This document shows, in pieces, positions 10,171 to 22,542 of a DNA stretch of 64,000 bases. The DNA lies in contig CAVZMH010000022.1 of the NCBI GenBank assembly GCA_963776345.1, positions 1 to 64,000 on the forward strand. The letters run 5' to 3'. Within the stretch, counting starts at the first letter, position 1; each line of letters opens with the position of its first letter. Made by a program: the position numbers and the translations under genes. This DNA is from an uncultured delta proteobacterium (GTDB taxonomy: Bacteria > Myxococcota > Myxococcia > Myxococcales > Myxococcaceae). The notes below the pieces were generated by a model. The model was not told the DNA's origin. It made no database searches and worked only from the letters and a program-made list of their open reading frames with translations.

Positions 10171-10722
10171 ATGACCGGGGCCGACCTCGAGCTCGTGACC
10201 GGCGCGCGCCTGCTGTCCACGGGCACTTGGCGGGCCTCGCACGAGGCGTTCGAGACGGCCTGGCGCCGCAGCGAGGGTCACGGGCGTGACCTCTTCCAGG
10301 CGCTGGCCCAGCTCGCCGCGGCCCTCTTGAAATGGAGCGAGGGACGCCTCGAGCCGGCCTCCACCCTGCTCGGACGCGTGCGCCGCCGGCTGGAGGGGCT
10401 GCCGTCGCGCGTCGCCCGGGTGGAGGTGGACACGCTCGAGTCGACGGTCCTCGAGCTGCAAGAAAGGCTCGCGCTGCGAGAGCCGGCGCCGCACCACGTT
10501 CACCTGCCGCTCGAGGGTCGGGAGCCCGCGCCGGCGGACCGGGTGGCGCTCGGCGCCCCCTGCCCGTACTGCGGCGAGCGGGTCACGGTGCACGTCGAGC
10601 CGACCGGCATGTCCGTCGAGCAGTACGTGGAGGACTGTCCGGTCTGCTGCCGTCCGTGGGTGGTTCACCTGGAGCGCGCCCCGGCCGGCCCCACCGTGCG
10701 CCTCGCCCGCGAAGACGACTGA
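10171..10722 (+). CDS. DUF309-like domain fused to a CPXCG cysteine-rich (zinc-ribbon) domain
   Basis: SHEAFETAW...QALAQLAAA (DUF309-like), then CPYCGE...YVEDCPVCCRPW. Confidence 0.75.
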   Translation: MTGADLELVTGARLLSTGTWRASHEAFETAWRRSEGHGRDLFQALAQLAAALLKWSEGRLEPASTLLGRVRRRLEGLPSRVARVEVDTLESTVLELQERLALREPAPHHVHLPLEGREPAPADRVALGAPCPYCGERVTVHVEPTGMSVEQYVEDCPVCCRPWVVHLERAPAGPTVRLAREDD

Positions 10723-10928
10723 GGGCCCCCGGCGCCGTGGACCGGTGGACCCGGAAATCTCGACGTGTCAGCATCTCGAGGTGTCTGACACCTCGGGAAT
10801 CACGAGCCGGGCATCGTCTCGGGAAGACACCTCGGGAGGCGGCCGCGAGCGTGCCCGCCCATGATCGCCCCCGGCAATCGGACGGGGGGCCGGGCGTCTT
10901 CCGGGCGCTCCGGTCCTGGAGGTCGCCC

Positions 10929-11408
10929 GTGGTCCGTTCACTCCTGGTGTCCCTCGCCGTCGTTCTCTCCACACCCGCGCTCGCCGAGGACTGCGTGGTG
11001 ACCGCCGGCCCGCACGACCGGGTGAGCCGGGGCAAGACGGTCATCGTCGAGGCCGGCGAGTCGCTGGAGAACGCCGTCTCCCTCGACGGCGACGTCGTCC
11101 TCCGGCGCGGCGCCCGGGTGAAATCGGCAGTCGCGGTGAACGGGAACCTCGTCCTCGAGCCCGGCGCCAAGGTCACCGGGACCGCGGCCTCCTTCGGAGG
11201 GCAGATCCGCGTCGCGCCCGGAGCGAAGATCTCCGGGAGCCGCCTCCAGCTGTCCGACGGGCTCCACCTGCGCGGGGAGAACGGCAAGGACATCGGCCTC
11301 GCCCTCTCCGTCGGCGGCCACGATCTCTCCACCCTGCTGCTCGCCAAGCTCGTGGAGAAGGCGCGCAGCTGCCGCATCGATCCGCAGAGCGGCGAGGTCC
11401 GCCTGTAG
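10929..11408 (+). CDS. Exported beta-helix (bactofilin/polymer-forming-like) protein
   Basis: Signal peptide (VVRSLLVSLAVVLSTPALA), then repeats GDVVLRRGARV / GNLVLEPGAKV / GQIRVAPGAKI. Confidence 0.6.
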   Translation: MVRSLLVSLAVVLSTPALAEDCVVTAGPHDRVSRGKTVIVEAGESLENAVSLDGDVVLRRGARVKSAVAVNGNLVLEPGAKVTGTAASFGGQIRVAPGAKISGSRLQLSDGLHLRGENGKDIGLALSVGGHDLSTLLLAKLVEKARSCRIDPQSGEVRL

Positions 11409-11414
11409 CGAGGC

Positions 11415-11999
11415 TCAGGCCGTCGCCTTCTTCCCCAGCGCGAGCGGGACGCGGAACAGCTCCAGCAGCGTCTCCACCTCGACCGGCTTCGGCAGGCAGG
11501 CGACCGCCCCCGCCTTGAGCGACTGCTCGACCAGCTCCGGGCTGTGCCGCCCGGTCATGGTGATCAGCCGCACGCCCTCCAGCGACTTGTGCGCCCGGAT
11601 GCGCCGGCACACCTCGAACCCGTCCATGTCCGGCATGTTCAGGTCGATCAGCATCCCGTGGGGCTTCAGCTCCGAGACCAGGAGCAGGGCCTCCACCCCG
11701 CTGGAGGTGGTGGTGAGCTCGACCTCGGAGGCGTGCGACTTGAACGCCCGGCGCATCGCATCGAGCACCGGCTTCTCGTCGTCGACGACCAGGATCTTCA
11801 CCGAGCCGCTGCCGAGCTCGTCGGGCAGGGGCATCTGGTGAAAGATGAGGAAGCTGCGGAGATCTCCGCTCCGGACTCGCCGGTGCCCTCCGGGCGTCCG
11901 GAAGGCGAGCAGGATACCCCGGTCAATCCACTTGCTGACCGTGGACGGGTCGACCTGCAGCAACCGGCTGATGTCGTGGGTCGTGTAGAGCTGGTCCAT
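11415..11999 (-). CDS. Response regulator with N-terminal excisionase/MerR-like HTH and C-terminal receiver domain
   Basis: YTTHDISRLLQVDPSTVSKWID...RTPGGHRR, then ILVVDDE...IDLNMPDMDG...KP. Confidence 0.88.
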   Translation of the reverse strand: MDQLYTTHDISRLLQVDPSTVSKWIDRGILLAFRTPGGHRRVRSGDLRSFLIFHQMPLPDELGSGSVKILVVDDEKPVLDAMRRAFKSHASEVELTTTSSGVEALLLVSELKPHGMLIDLNMPDMDGFEVCRRIRAHKSLEGVRLITMTGRHSPELVEQSLKAGAVACLPKPVEVETLLELFRVPLALGKKATA

Positions 12000-12094
12000 T
12001 CGCCCACCTCCCCCGGACCATCGCGGTAGCCGAACCAGGGCAGGAAGTCGCACCGCCGTCAAGCGGCCCTGAAGGAACCGGCCCGAACCCGAGG

Positions 12095-14980
<2,886 letters not shown>

Positions 14981-15089
14981 GTCGACCAAGGGAGCGTCCG
15001 AAATACGCACGGATGACAGGCGAGCAGGAGGGTCGCCGGGTGGAGGAGACGGCGACCGGGCAGGGCGATTGGCGTGCCGATCCCGTGCC

Positions 15090-15878
15090 ATGCTGCCGCG
15101 GATGCTCTCGCTCCCTGCCGCGCTGCTCGCCTGGTCCGCGGCCACCACCGTCGCCGCGGCGCCGGTGACCACCACCGAGTTCGTCAGCGGAGCGATGGAG
15201 CAGGAGCGCGCCATCTCGCGCTGCACGGCCTGGGTCGAGTCGCAGCACGCGATGGAGTTCGACGGCAGCGGGCGCATCAAGCCCGGCCGCGAGCTGTCTG
15301 TCGTGCGCCGCTTCCTCGGCCTGCCGCCCGCGCAGCGGATCGACATCGTCTCCGCCCGCCGCTCGGGAGAGGACGTCGCCGAGGAGATGCGCAGGCAGCA
15401 GAAGTTCGCCTCGGAGACCCAGAGGTTTCGCTCTCCCTTCCACCCCGACTCGCGGCCGCTCTACATGTTCTTCCGGGCGGAGGCCACGCCCCACGAGCCG
15501 ATGCGGCTGAGCTTCCACCCCACCTACGCGCACCGGAGCGACCCCGGGCTGTTCGAGGGCACCGCGCTCCTCGATCGCTCCACCGGGCGGCTGCTCGAAT
15601 GGACCGCCGAGCTGGTGAACCCGCCGACCTTCGTCACCAGGGTCGAGGTGCACGCGCGGTACGGCGCCCGCGTCGGCCTGCTCGACGCCCGCTCCGAGAT
15701 CAACGTGGCGATCGAGGGCGGGCTCCTCTTCTACAAGCGGCGCGGGCGGATGGACTTCCGGTTCGCCGAGTACAGCTGCCCCGAGTCGATGCCGCCGCCG
15801 GCCGAGCCCGAGGTCGCCGTGCCGCGCGTCCCGCCGCCGGTTCCGGCCTCCGGACCGCGCGCCGACCGGGGTTCGTGA
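15090..15878 (+). CDS. Hypothetical exported protein
   Basis: Signal-like N-terminus (MLPRMLSLPAALLAWSAA), beta-rich body, Pro-rich tail, GC3-rich codons. Confidence 0.65.
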   Translation: MLPRMLSLPAALLAWSAATTVAAAPVTTTEFVSGAMEQERAISRCTAWVESQHAMEFDGSGRIKPGRELSVVRRFLGLPPAQRIDIVSARRSGEDVAEEMRRQQKFASETQRFRSPFHPDSRPLYMFFRAEATPHEPMRLSFHPTYAHRSDPGLFEGTALLDRSTGRLLEWTAELVNPPTFVTRVEVHARYGARVGLLDARSEINVAIEGGLLFYKRRGRMDFRFAEYSCPESMPPPAEPEVAVPRVPPPVPASGPRADRGS

Positions 15879-15947
15879 CCGGGCTTTGAACATCCTTGCG
15901 AGCTGCCCGTCGATGAGCTACGCGTCCCCAAACTCCGAGGGTCACTG

Positions 15948-16301
15948 ATGAAACACGCCCGTCTGTTCGCATCCCTGATTGCCGCTTCAACTCTCCTCAG
16001 CGCCACGGCGATGGCACAGGCCGACCCCAAGAAGGTCGAGCGGGCGTGGAAGGCCAAGTGCTCCTCCTGCCACGGCGCGGCGGGCAAGGCGGACACCGAG
16101 AAGGGTCAGCAGATGAAGGTCGTCGACATGACCACGGCGGAGTTCCAGGCGAAGAAGGACGACGAGCTCAAGAAGGCCATCCTGAACGGCATCAAGACGG
16201 AGAAGGGCGGCGTGAAGAAGGAGATGGACCCCTTCAAGGACGACCTGACGCCCGAACAGGTCGACGCTCTCATCGCCTACATCCGCGCGTTCAAGAAGTA
16301 G
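15948..16301 (+). CDS. Monoheme class I cytochrome c, copy 1
   Basis: Signal peptide, CSSCH, distal KKEMDPF, LTPEQVDALIAYIR. Confidence 0.92.
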   Translation: MKHARLFASLIAASTLLSATAMAQADPKKVERAWKAKCSSCHGAAGKADTEKGQQMKVVDMTTAEFQAKKDDELKKAILNGIKTEKGGVKKEMDPFKDDLTPEQVDALIAYIRAFKK

Positions 16302-16338
16302 AAGTCGGCGTCAGCGCGCCTCAACCTCGGGGTGGTCC

Positions 16339-16674
16339 ATGAAACACATCCGTCTCTCGGCGTCACTCGCAGCTGCTTCGGTTCTCCTCAGTACCGCAGC
16401 GCTCGCACAAGCAGATCCTAAGAAGACCGAGCGCACGTGGAAGTCCAAGTGCTCGTCCTGCCACGGCGCGGGGGGCAAGGGAGACACCGAGAAGGGTCAG
16501 CAGCTGAAGATCGTCGACATGACCACCGCTGGGTTCCAGGCCAAGAAGGACGACGAGCTCAAGAAGGCGATCCTCGACGGCGTCGAGAAGGAGAAGGGGC
16601 ACGCCTTCAAGGGCGACCTGACGCCCGAGCAAGTCGACGCCCTCGTCGCCTACGTCCGCGCGTTCAAGAAGTAG
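16339..16674 (+). CDS. Monoheme class I cytochrome c, copy 2 (distal Met loop replaced by a His-containing loop)
   Basis: Signal peptide and CSSCH. Six residues shorter; reads EKEKGHAF where the paralogues read KTEKGGVKxEMDxF. Confidence 0.9.
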   Translation: MKHIRLSASLAAASVLLSTAALAQADPKKTERTWKSKCSSCHGAGGKGDTEKGQQLKIVDMTTAGFQAKKDDELKKAILDGVEKEKGHAFKGDLTPEQVDALVAYVRAFKK

Positions 16675-16794
16675 GCGAAGTCGGCGGGAAGGACGACCGC
16701 TTCTCCCCGACCGGGCCCTTTGAAGCTTCTTGTCTCTCGCCCGTCCATACGGTAGGCGCCACTGAGGCGTCGTCGATTCGGAGGTCACTCACAT

Positions 16795-17148
16795 ATGAAA
16801 CACGCTCGTCTCTTGGCGTCCATCGTAGCGTCCTCGGTCCTCCTCAGCGCCACGGCGCTGGCCGCAGAAGACCCGAAGAAGACCGAGCGTACCTGGAAGT
16901 CCAAGTGTGCCTCCTGCCATGGGCAGACCGGCAAGGGAGACACCGAGAAGGGTCAGCAGATGAAGGTCAGCGACATGACCACCGCCGCGTACCAGGCGAA
17001 GAAGGACGACGAGTTCAAGAAGGCCATCCTGGATGGGGTCAAGACCGAGAAGGGCGGCGTGAAGCAGGAGATGGACGGCTTCAAGGCGGAGCTGACGCCC
17101 GAGCAGGTCGACGCCCTCATCGCCCACATCCGCGCGTTCAAGAAGTAG
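16795..17148 (+). CDS. Monoheme class I cytochrome c, copy 3
   Basis: Signal peptide, CASCH, distal KQEMDGF. Confidence 0.92.
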   Translation: MKHARLLASIVASSVLLSATALAAEDPKKTERTWKSKCASCHGQTGKGDTEKGQQMKVSDMTTAAYQAKKDDEFKKAILDGVKTEKGGVKQEMDGFKAELTPEQVDALIAHIRAFKK

Positions 17149-17385
17149 CGGAAGCCGGCCGGGAGCGGGCGCAAGGCCTGCTGTCCCGTCCGTGTTCCAG
17201 ACGAGCCCCGCGCCAGACACGGGGCAATCCGGGTGTCGCGAACGGGTCTCTAGACCATGGCGTGCGCCGGCCCTCGTCGGTCGGTGCCCGGCACCGGCTC
17301 AGCCGGGGGCTCCAGGCGACCGCCGCTCACCCGGGTGCTGTGCGCTCCTCGTCTACGGGTAGAGCGCAGCGCATCTCCGCTCGGG

Positions 17386-19065
17386 TTAGTGCGTGCTGCT
17401 CGACGACGGGAGATCACGGCCGGGAGGAGCCAGTCGCGGGACCAGGATCAGACCGGCCCCGTAGAGGACGAAGGAGACGAGCAACAGGAGTGGCTGACCA
17501 CTCGGTAGCCCTTGGAGCACCAGCACGACTCCCCCGAGGATCAGCGCGAGATACGCGATCCACTTGAGCTCGGGAAATGTCACCCGCCGCCGGATGAGCG
17601 CAAGCGACAGAGCGACCGCCACCGCCACCAGCGTCCGGGCGGTGGCGAGGCGCGCAAGATCTGCGGTGAAGGGGCTGCACGCCCGCACGATTGACGCGGC
17701 CAGTCCGGCGCTGCCGAGAAAGAGGAGCACGGCCGCGGGCAGGCGTCGCGATGCCCAGCTCGCCGGAGCGGGGAGAGAGAGCGACAGCGGGAAGGCGGTC
17801 GCGAGGTAGGTGAGCAGGACGAGGCCGAGCACGACGACGCTCCCGGGGCTCATCGCCGGCCAGGTCACCTCGCCGCCCGCGAGGACCTGCCAGATCCCAC
17901 GGAGCAACCCCGTGCTGAACGCCGCGCCCAGGGCGAGGAGCGCCGCGAACGACCAGAGCGAGTCGGGGTGCCTCCGGCGGCCGAGGAGCGCGGTGAGCAG
18001 CGCGAGCGCGGCCCAGAGCACGCCGCGCAGATCGCCGGGGCCGGGCAGCGCCACCGCGAAGGAGAGGAGCCCCAGGGACACGAGGGCGTAGAAGACGAAG
18101 TCCAGGTCGCGGTTGCCTCGCCGGGGAACGACCCGGGCCGCGAAGAACACCGCGAGCACGGCAGCGGTGAGGGCCGCCCCGGCCGCGGCGCCCGGGCCGG
18201 ACGCCCGGAGCGCTCCGGCCAGCCCGATGACCAGCCCGGCCAGCGTCTGGAGGGCCTCGAAGACGCCCACGGGTCGTGCAAGCGCTGCCGTCCGGCGAAG
18301 CACGTGGGCCAGTGACAGGCCGGCGAGCGCGAGCGAGTAGAGGAGGACCGGCGGGGTGGAGGTGACCACCGCGCGAAGAATGGCCAGATCGAGAACCAGG
18401 GCGGGAAGCCACCGGAGGGCTGCGAGCCCCGGACGGTCCCCCAGCCAGAAGGTCGCGCCCGCCAGGACGAGGAGGACCCCGGTGAATTCTGCTTTGGCCG
18501 GGGTCGCCCTCAGCAGGATGACGGTGGTGATCAGGCAGGACAGGACGCCGATCCAGGCCAGCCAGCCGAGTCGATCCCGCCAGGAGGCGATCAGGAGCAG
18601 GGCGGTGAAACCGACGAGCGTCAGCGCCGCGGCCCAGCTGGGCATCGCGCTCAGCCGTGTCGTCGTCTCCAGGATCAACGGGTACGCGATGAGGGCGGCG
18701 GTGACCCCGTGGAACCCTGCGCTCACCGCTGCGCCGCTCGCCGCCGCCCGGTGAGAGAAGAAGACCCACGCGGCCGCGAAGACGACTCCCAGGGCGACGC
18801 CGACGCCGCTGGGCAGCATCCGGCCGTCGGTGAGAGCACGGATGAGGAAGGCGCCGCCGAGCACGACGAAGCTGCGGCCCAGGAGCGTCACCCAACCTGC
18901 CATCGTCACGCCGGCGGGCGCGACGGCCGGGAGACGAGGTTCGCCCTCCGGCCAGGCGGGGGGGAACGACGGAAAGGGAAGCGACGCGAGCCTCTGCTCG
19001 AGCTGGTCGACCCGCTCGCTCAGCCGGGTCACCTTCTCTTCCAGTGCCTGCAGGCGGGTCTCCAT
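17386..19065 (-). CDS. Polytopic membrane protein (DUF2339-like)
   Basis: N-terminal coiled coil (RLQALEEKVTRLSERVDQLEQRL), Pro linker, then many TM helices. Last gene of the Rieske/cytb run. Confidence 0.7.
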   Translation of the reverse strand: METRLQALEEKVTRLSERVDQLEQRLASLPFPSFPPAWPEGEPRLPAVAPAGVTMAGWVTLLGRSFVVLGGAFLIRALTDGRMLPSGVGVALGVVFAAAWVFFSHRAAASGAAVSAGFHGVTAALIAYPLILETTTRLSAMPSWAAALTLVGFTALLLIASWRDRLGWLAWIGVLSCLITTVILLRATPAKAEFTGVLLVLAGATFWLGDRPGLAALRWLPALVLDLAILRAVVTSTPPVLLYSLALAGLSLAHVLRRTAALARPVGVFEALQTLAGLVIGLAGALRASGPGAAAGAALTAAVLAVFFAARVVPRRGNRDLDFVFYALVSLGLLSFAVALPGPGDLRGVLWAALALLTALLGRRRHPDSLWSFAALLALGAAFSTGLLRGIWQVLAGGEVTWPAMSPGSVVVLGLVLLTYLATAFPLSLSLPAPASWASRRLPAAVLLFLGSAGLAASIVRACSPFTADLARLATARTLVAVAVALSLALIRRRVTFPELKWIAYLALILGGVVLVLQGLPSGQPLLLLVSFVLYGAGLILVPRLAPPGRDLPSSSSTH

Positions 19066-19099
19066 GCTGCCCCCTGGAGCCGTGCGGAACGGCTCTACG

Positions 19100-20677
19100 T
19101 CACGGGGTGCGCCGGCCCTCGTTGGCCTTTGCCCGCCGCCGGCTCAGCTCGCGGATCTTGAACGCCATCGCCACGGCCAGGAAGGACATCAGCCCGATGG
19201 AGACCAGGAGCCCGTTGCGCCGATACCGCTGCTCGGCCCGTGTCGCTTGCAGGAGGTTCTCCGACTTGGAGACCGCCTCGCGGCCGGCCTTCGCCCCCTG
19301 ATCGAAGCCGCCCTTGTCGAAGGTGTGCACCCGCGTCCGGGTCTGCACCAGGGCCTCCTTCAGCTCCTCGAGGGAAGCCTGGATGGGTTCGGTATCGAGT
19401 CCGCGCGTCGCCAGCTGTTCCGCCTCGGGCCGGAGCTGCTCGCTCTTGGTGACCAGGTCCGCGAGGCTGCTCCGGAAGTAGCGCGCCGTCTCGTTGCACT
19501 CCGGGTTGTCCTTCGAGTGCTCGGCATGACAGGCGCCGCACAGGCCGTCCGGGGCAGCGGAGATCATCGCGTCGGTCGCCTTGGCGATCTCGTGCTTCCC
19601 GTGACACTTCTCGCACTCCGGCCAGTGGTTCTTCTCGAACGCCTGCTTGTGCTTGCTCCCGTCGAAGAACGTGGCGTTCTGGGCATGGCAGGTCCGGCAG
19701 ACCTGCGAGACCGAGGCCACCGCGGGCGGCATCGCCGCGTGGTTGCCATGGCAGCTGTTGCAGGCCGGAGCGCCCAGGTCGCCCTTCTCGAGGAGCGCCT
19801 TGCCGTGCACCGACTTCTTGAACTGCTCCACCTGGTTGGTGGGCAGGGGGGTCCCGTCGTCCTTCTGGTAGCCCGCCATGTACTTCGCGTCCGCATGGCA
19901 GTGGCCGCAGGTGTCCGGAATGGCCTGCGGGTGCACCTTGGACTGACGGCTCTTGGGGCCGCGGATGCCGTGCACGCCGTGACAGCTCACGCACTGCGCC
20001 GCCTTGGAGTCCTTCTTCTGCAAGAGGAGGATGCCGTGCTGGCTGTCCTGGTACTTGGCGAGCTGGTCGGTGGGGAGGGAGGGGTTGAAGCCCCGCATGA
20101 AGTTGGGGTCGGCGTGGCACCGGGCGCAGAACTCCGGGATCCAGGTGCGGTCCACGTGGCGCACGTCGGCCTTGGGCCAGCGGGCGGCGATGTCCGGGGT
20201 CATCACGTCCTTGTCCGGAGAGCCTCCATGGCACCCCGCGCAGGAGAGCCCGCGGCGGAAGTGCACGTCGCTCACGAAGTTCTTGAGGTTCAAGAGCTCG
20301 TTCGACTGGGTGGCCTTGGGATCGGCGGAGAAGAGATGGATCTTCTTCTGCGACTCGGGATCGGCGTGGCAGAGGATGCAGTTGTCGGAGAAGACGATCG
20401 CCGCCGCCTGGGAGGACAGCTCCAGGGAGAGGAGGACCTTGAGGTGCGCCGCTCCGCCCAGGGTGACCGCATCCACGTCCTTCCCGATGAGCTCGCGGGT
20501 GTGCAGCGGCAGCTTCTTCAAGTATGCGCGCTCGGTGTCTCCCAGGATCGGCTTGCCGTCCTTGCCCTTCTCCTCGAACAGCTTCTCCACGGACGCAGGG
20601 AGCTTGCCGTCGTCCGGTGCGGGCGCCGCCGGATCGGTGGCGGCCATGAGCAGGACCAGCGCCAGGAGCGAGCTCAT
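19100..20677 (-). CDS. Membrane-anchored nonaheme c-type cytochrome
   Basis: Signal peptide MSSLLALVLLMAA. Nine CxxCH: CILCH, CAGCH, CARCH, CVSCH, CGHCH, CNSCH, CRTCH, CEKCH, CGACH. Helical stalk and C-terminal TM. ATGA overlap with cytb. Confidence 0.92.
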   Translation of the reverse strand: MSSLLALVLLMAATDPAAPAPDDGKLPASVEKLFEEKGKDGKPILGDTERAYLKKLPLHTRELIGKDVDAVTLGGAAHLKVLLSLELSSQAAAIVFSDNCILCHADPESQKKIHLFSADPKATQSNELLNLKNFVSDVHFRRGLSCAGCHGGSPDKDVMTPDIAARWPKADVRHVDRTWIPEFCARCHADPNFMRGFNPSLPTDQLAKYQDSQHGILLLQKKDSKAAQCVSCHGVHGIRGPKSRQSKVHPQAIPDTCGHCHADAKYMAGYQKDDGTPLPTNQVEQFKKSVHGKALLEKGDLGAPACNSCHGNHAAMPPAVASVSQVCRTCHAQNATFFDGSKHKQAFEKNHWPECEKCHGKHEIAKATDAMISAAPDGLCGACHAEHSKDNPECNETARYFRSSLADLVTKSEQLRPEAEQLATRGLDTEPIQASLEELKEALVQTRTRVHTFDKGGFDQGAKAGREAVSKSENLLQATRAEQRYRRNGLLVSIGLMSFLAVAMAFKIRELSRRRAKANEGRRTP

Positions 20678-22044
20678 CTCGGCGCCTCCAGCGTCGTGCC
20701 GGGCTGCTTCCGGAGCGTCAGCACCAGCCCGGCGATGACCACCAGCACAGCGATGGCTCCCGCGACCAGGTAGTCCACCCCGAACACGCCGTTGAGCACC
20801 ACTTGCAGCAGCGCTGCCCCGGAGAAGAACATCCAGCGCTGCTTGTAGGCGAGGATCCGGAGCAGGGCGACGGCGGATCCGATCCCCAGCGTGATCAGCG
20901 AGCAGGTCCAGGCGGTCGATCGGGGATCCGGGAGCTTCGAGTGGTCGGCGCTTCCCCCGCCGATGTCCCAGGCCTTCAGCATGAGATAGGCCATGAACAC
21001 GATGGCGGCGATGCCCAGATCGGTGAACATCGGGGAGGACTGGTTCTTGCCGGCGCGCCGGTCCAGCCAGGGCACCAGCGCCCAGATCCCCATCAGCACC
21101 GTCACCACCAGCAGCGCCGCCTGCGGTCCCTCCATCCCGAAGAGGTGCGCCGGGAACTCCTTGAGCAGCTGGTAGACCCAGAGGAAGTACCACTCGGGCT
21201 TGATGCCCGGGTACGCGGGCGCGAGCGGGTTGGCCTTCTTTCCCAGCTCCCACTCCATCCCCGGGATGCCGGGCCCGTAGGGGAGCAGGTACACCAGGGC
21301 GCTCAGGGCGATCAGGCACACCAGCCACAGGAGGAGGTCCCGGAGGATGAAGTCCGGAAAGAACTTGAGGCCCGGCCGGGCCTTGGGCTGGTGCGCCATC
21401 GCCGGCGCCATGCCCTGGACCTGGATGAACAGGAGGTGCGTGGACACCACCCCCACCATGACCAGCGGCAGGATGACCACGTGCAGGGCGAAGAAGCGGT
21501 AGAGCGTGTTGATGGTGACGTCCGGCCCGCCGCGCATCACCTCCAGGAGCCACTGCCCGATCACCGGCACGCTCTTCACGGAGTCGGTGCCCACGGCGGT
21601 GGCGAAGAAGGCCAGCTCGTTCCACGGCAGCAGGTAGCCGGAGAAGCCGAAGCCCAGGGCGATGGCGAAGAGCACGAAGCCGCTGAGCCAGGTCAGCTCC
21701 CGGGGCCTCCGGTACGCCTTCAGCATCAGCGTGCTGAACATGTGCACGACGAGCGAGACGATCATCAGATGGGCGCTCCAGCAGTGGATGGAGCGAATCA
21801 GCCACCCGAAGGGCACCTTGGTCGTGATGTAGCGGATCGACTCGTACGAGGTCTGCTCGCCCGCCTGGTAGTACATGAGCAGCAGCACGCCCGAGGCGAG
21901 CTGGACGGTGAAGAAGAACAGCGTCGCGCCGCCCAGGTAGTACCAGACCATGGAGTGGCCGCCGACCGGCACCTCCTTGTGCCGGGCCCACTCCACCAGC
22001 TTCCCGAGCCCGAAGCGGGCGTCCAGCCAGCGGTAGAGGCGCAC
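20674..22044 (-). CDS. Cytochrome b of a Rieske/cytb complex (unsplit, extended C-terminus)
   Basis: YYLGG, GWLIRSIHCWSAH, FSGYLLPW, RFFALHVVILP, IKPEWYFL Qo motif. Confidence 0.95.
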   Translation of the reverse strand: MRLYRWLDARFGLGKLVEWARHKEVPVGGHSMVWYYLGGATLFFFTVQLASGVLLLMYYQAGEQTSYESIRYITTKVPFGWLIRSIHCWSAHLMIVSLVVHMFSTLMLKAYRRPRELTWLSGFVLFAIALGFGFSGYLLPWNELAFFATAVGTDSVKSVPVIGQWLLEVMRGGPDVTINTLYRFFALHVVILPLVMVGVVSTHLLFIQVQGMAPAMAHQPKARPGLKFFPDFILRDLLLWLVCLIALSALVYLLPYGPGIPGMEWELGKKANPLAPAYPGIKPEWYFLWVYQLLKEFPAHLFGMEGPQAALLVVTVLMGIWALVPWLDRRAGKNQSSPMFTDLGIAAIVFMAYLMLKAWDIGGGSADHSKLPDPRSTAWTCSLITLGIGSAVALLRILAYKQRWMFFSGAALLQVVLNGVFGVDYLVAGAIAVLVVIAGLVLTLRKQPGTTLEAPR

Positions 22045-22083
22045 GCCGGTGGAAGCGGGCGCCGCCTGGCCCTGGAGCCTCCA

Positions 22084-22542
22084 TCACGCCGTCTCCATGC
22101 TCAGCGTCACCTGGTCCCCCTCGCGGGTCGCCACCCACTTCGTCAGCGGGCGGGGCGGCGGACCGGAGAGCACCCGCCCGTCGAGATCGAACTTGCCGTT
22201 GTGGCAGGCGCACCAGATGAGCGAGTCGCCCGGGACGAACTGGACCGTGCAGCCCTCGTGGGTGCACTTGGCGTCCAGGGCGTGCAGCTGCCCGCCCGCC
22301 TCGAAGACGATCACCTTCCGGGTGCCAGATCGCGCGATGACGAAGTGCGACTTGTTGAGGATGGAGAGCTCCTCCGCGCTCAGCTTCAGCGGGCCGCCCG
22401 CGCCCACGCTCGACAGTGGCCGCAGGAAGCGCAGCGTCGGATAGAGAATGCTGGCGGCCCAGCCGAGGACGCCCGCGCCCAGGAACCAGTTCAGGACGCT
22501 GCGCCGCTCCGGCTTCGAGGTCTGAGTGACAGGAGCCGTCAT
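22084..22542 (-). CDS. Rieske [2Fe-2S] protein
   Basis: Tat-like RRSVL plus TM; CTHEGC and CACHNGKF boxes; GPPPRPL. Confidence 0.93.
   Translation of the reverse strand: MTAPVTQTSKPERRSVLNWFLGAGVLGWAASILYPTLRFLRPLSSVGAGGPLKLSAEELSILNKSHFVIARSGTRKVIVFEAGGQLHALDAKCTHEGCTVQFVPGDSLIWCACHNGKFDLDGRVLSGPPPRPLTKWVATREGDQVTLSMETA

Noticed and set aside
15948..17148. Three long direct repeats considered as a CRISPR or mobile repeat array
   Set aside because: They are whole paralogous cytochrome genes, with no constant repeat-spacer periodicity
19100..22267. Apparent 1055 aa multiheme protein
   Set aside because: The first 530 codons are an off-frame read-through of cytochrome b; the real gene starts at 20677
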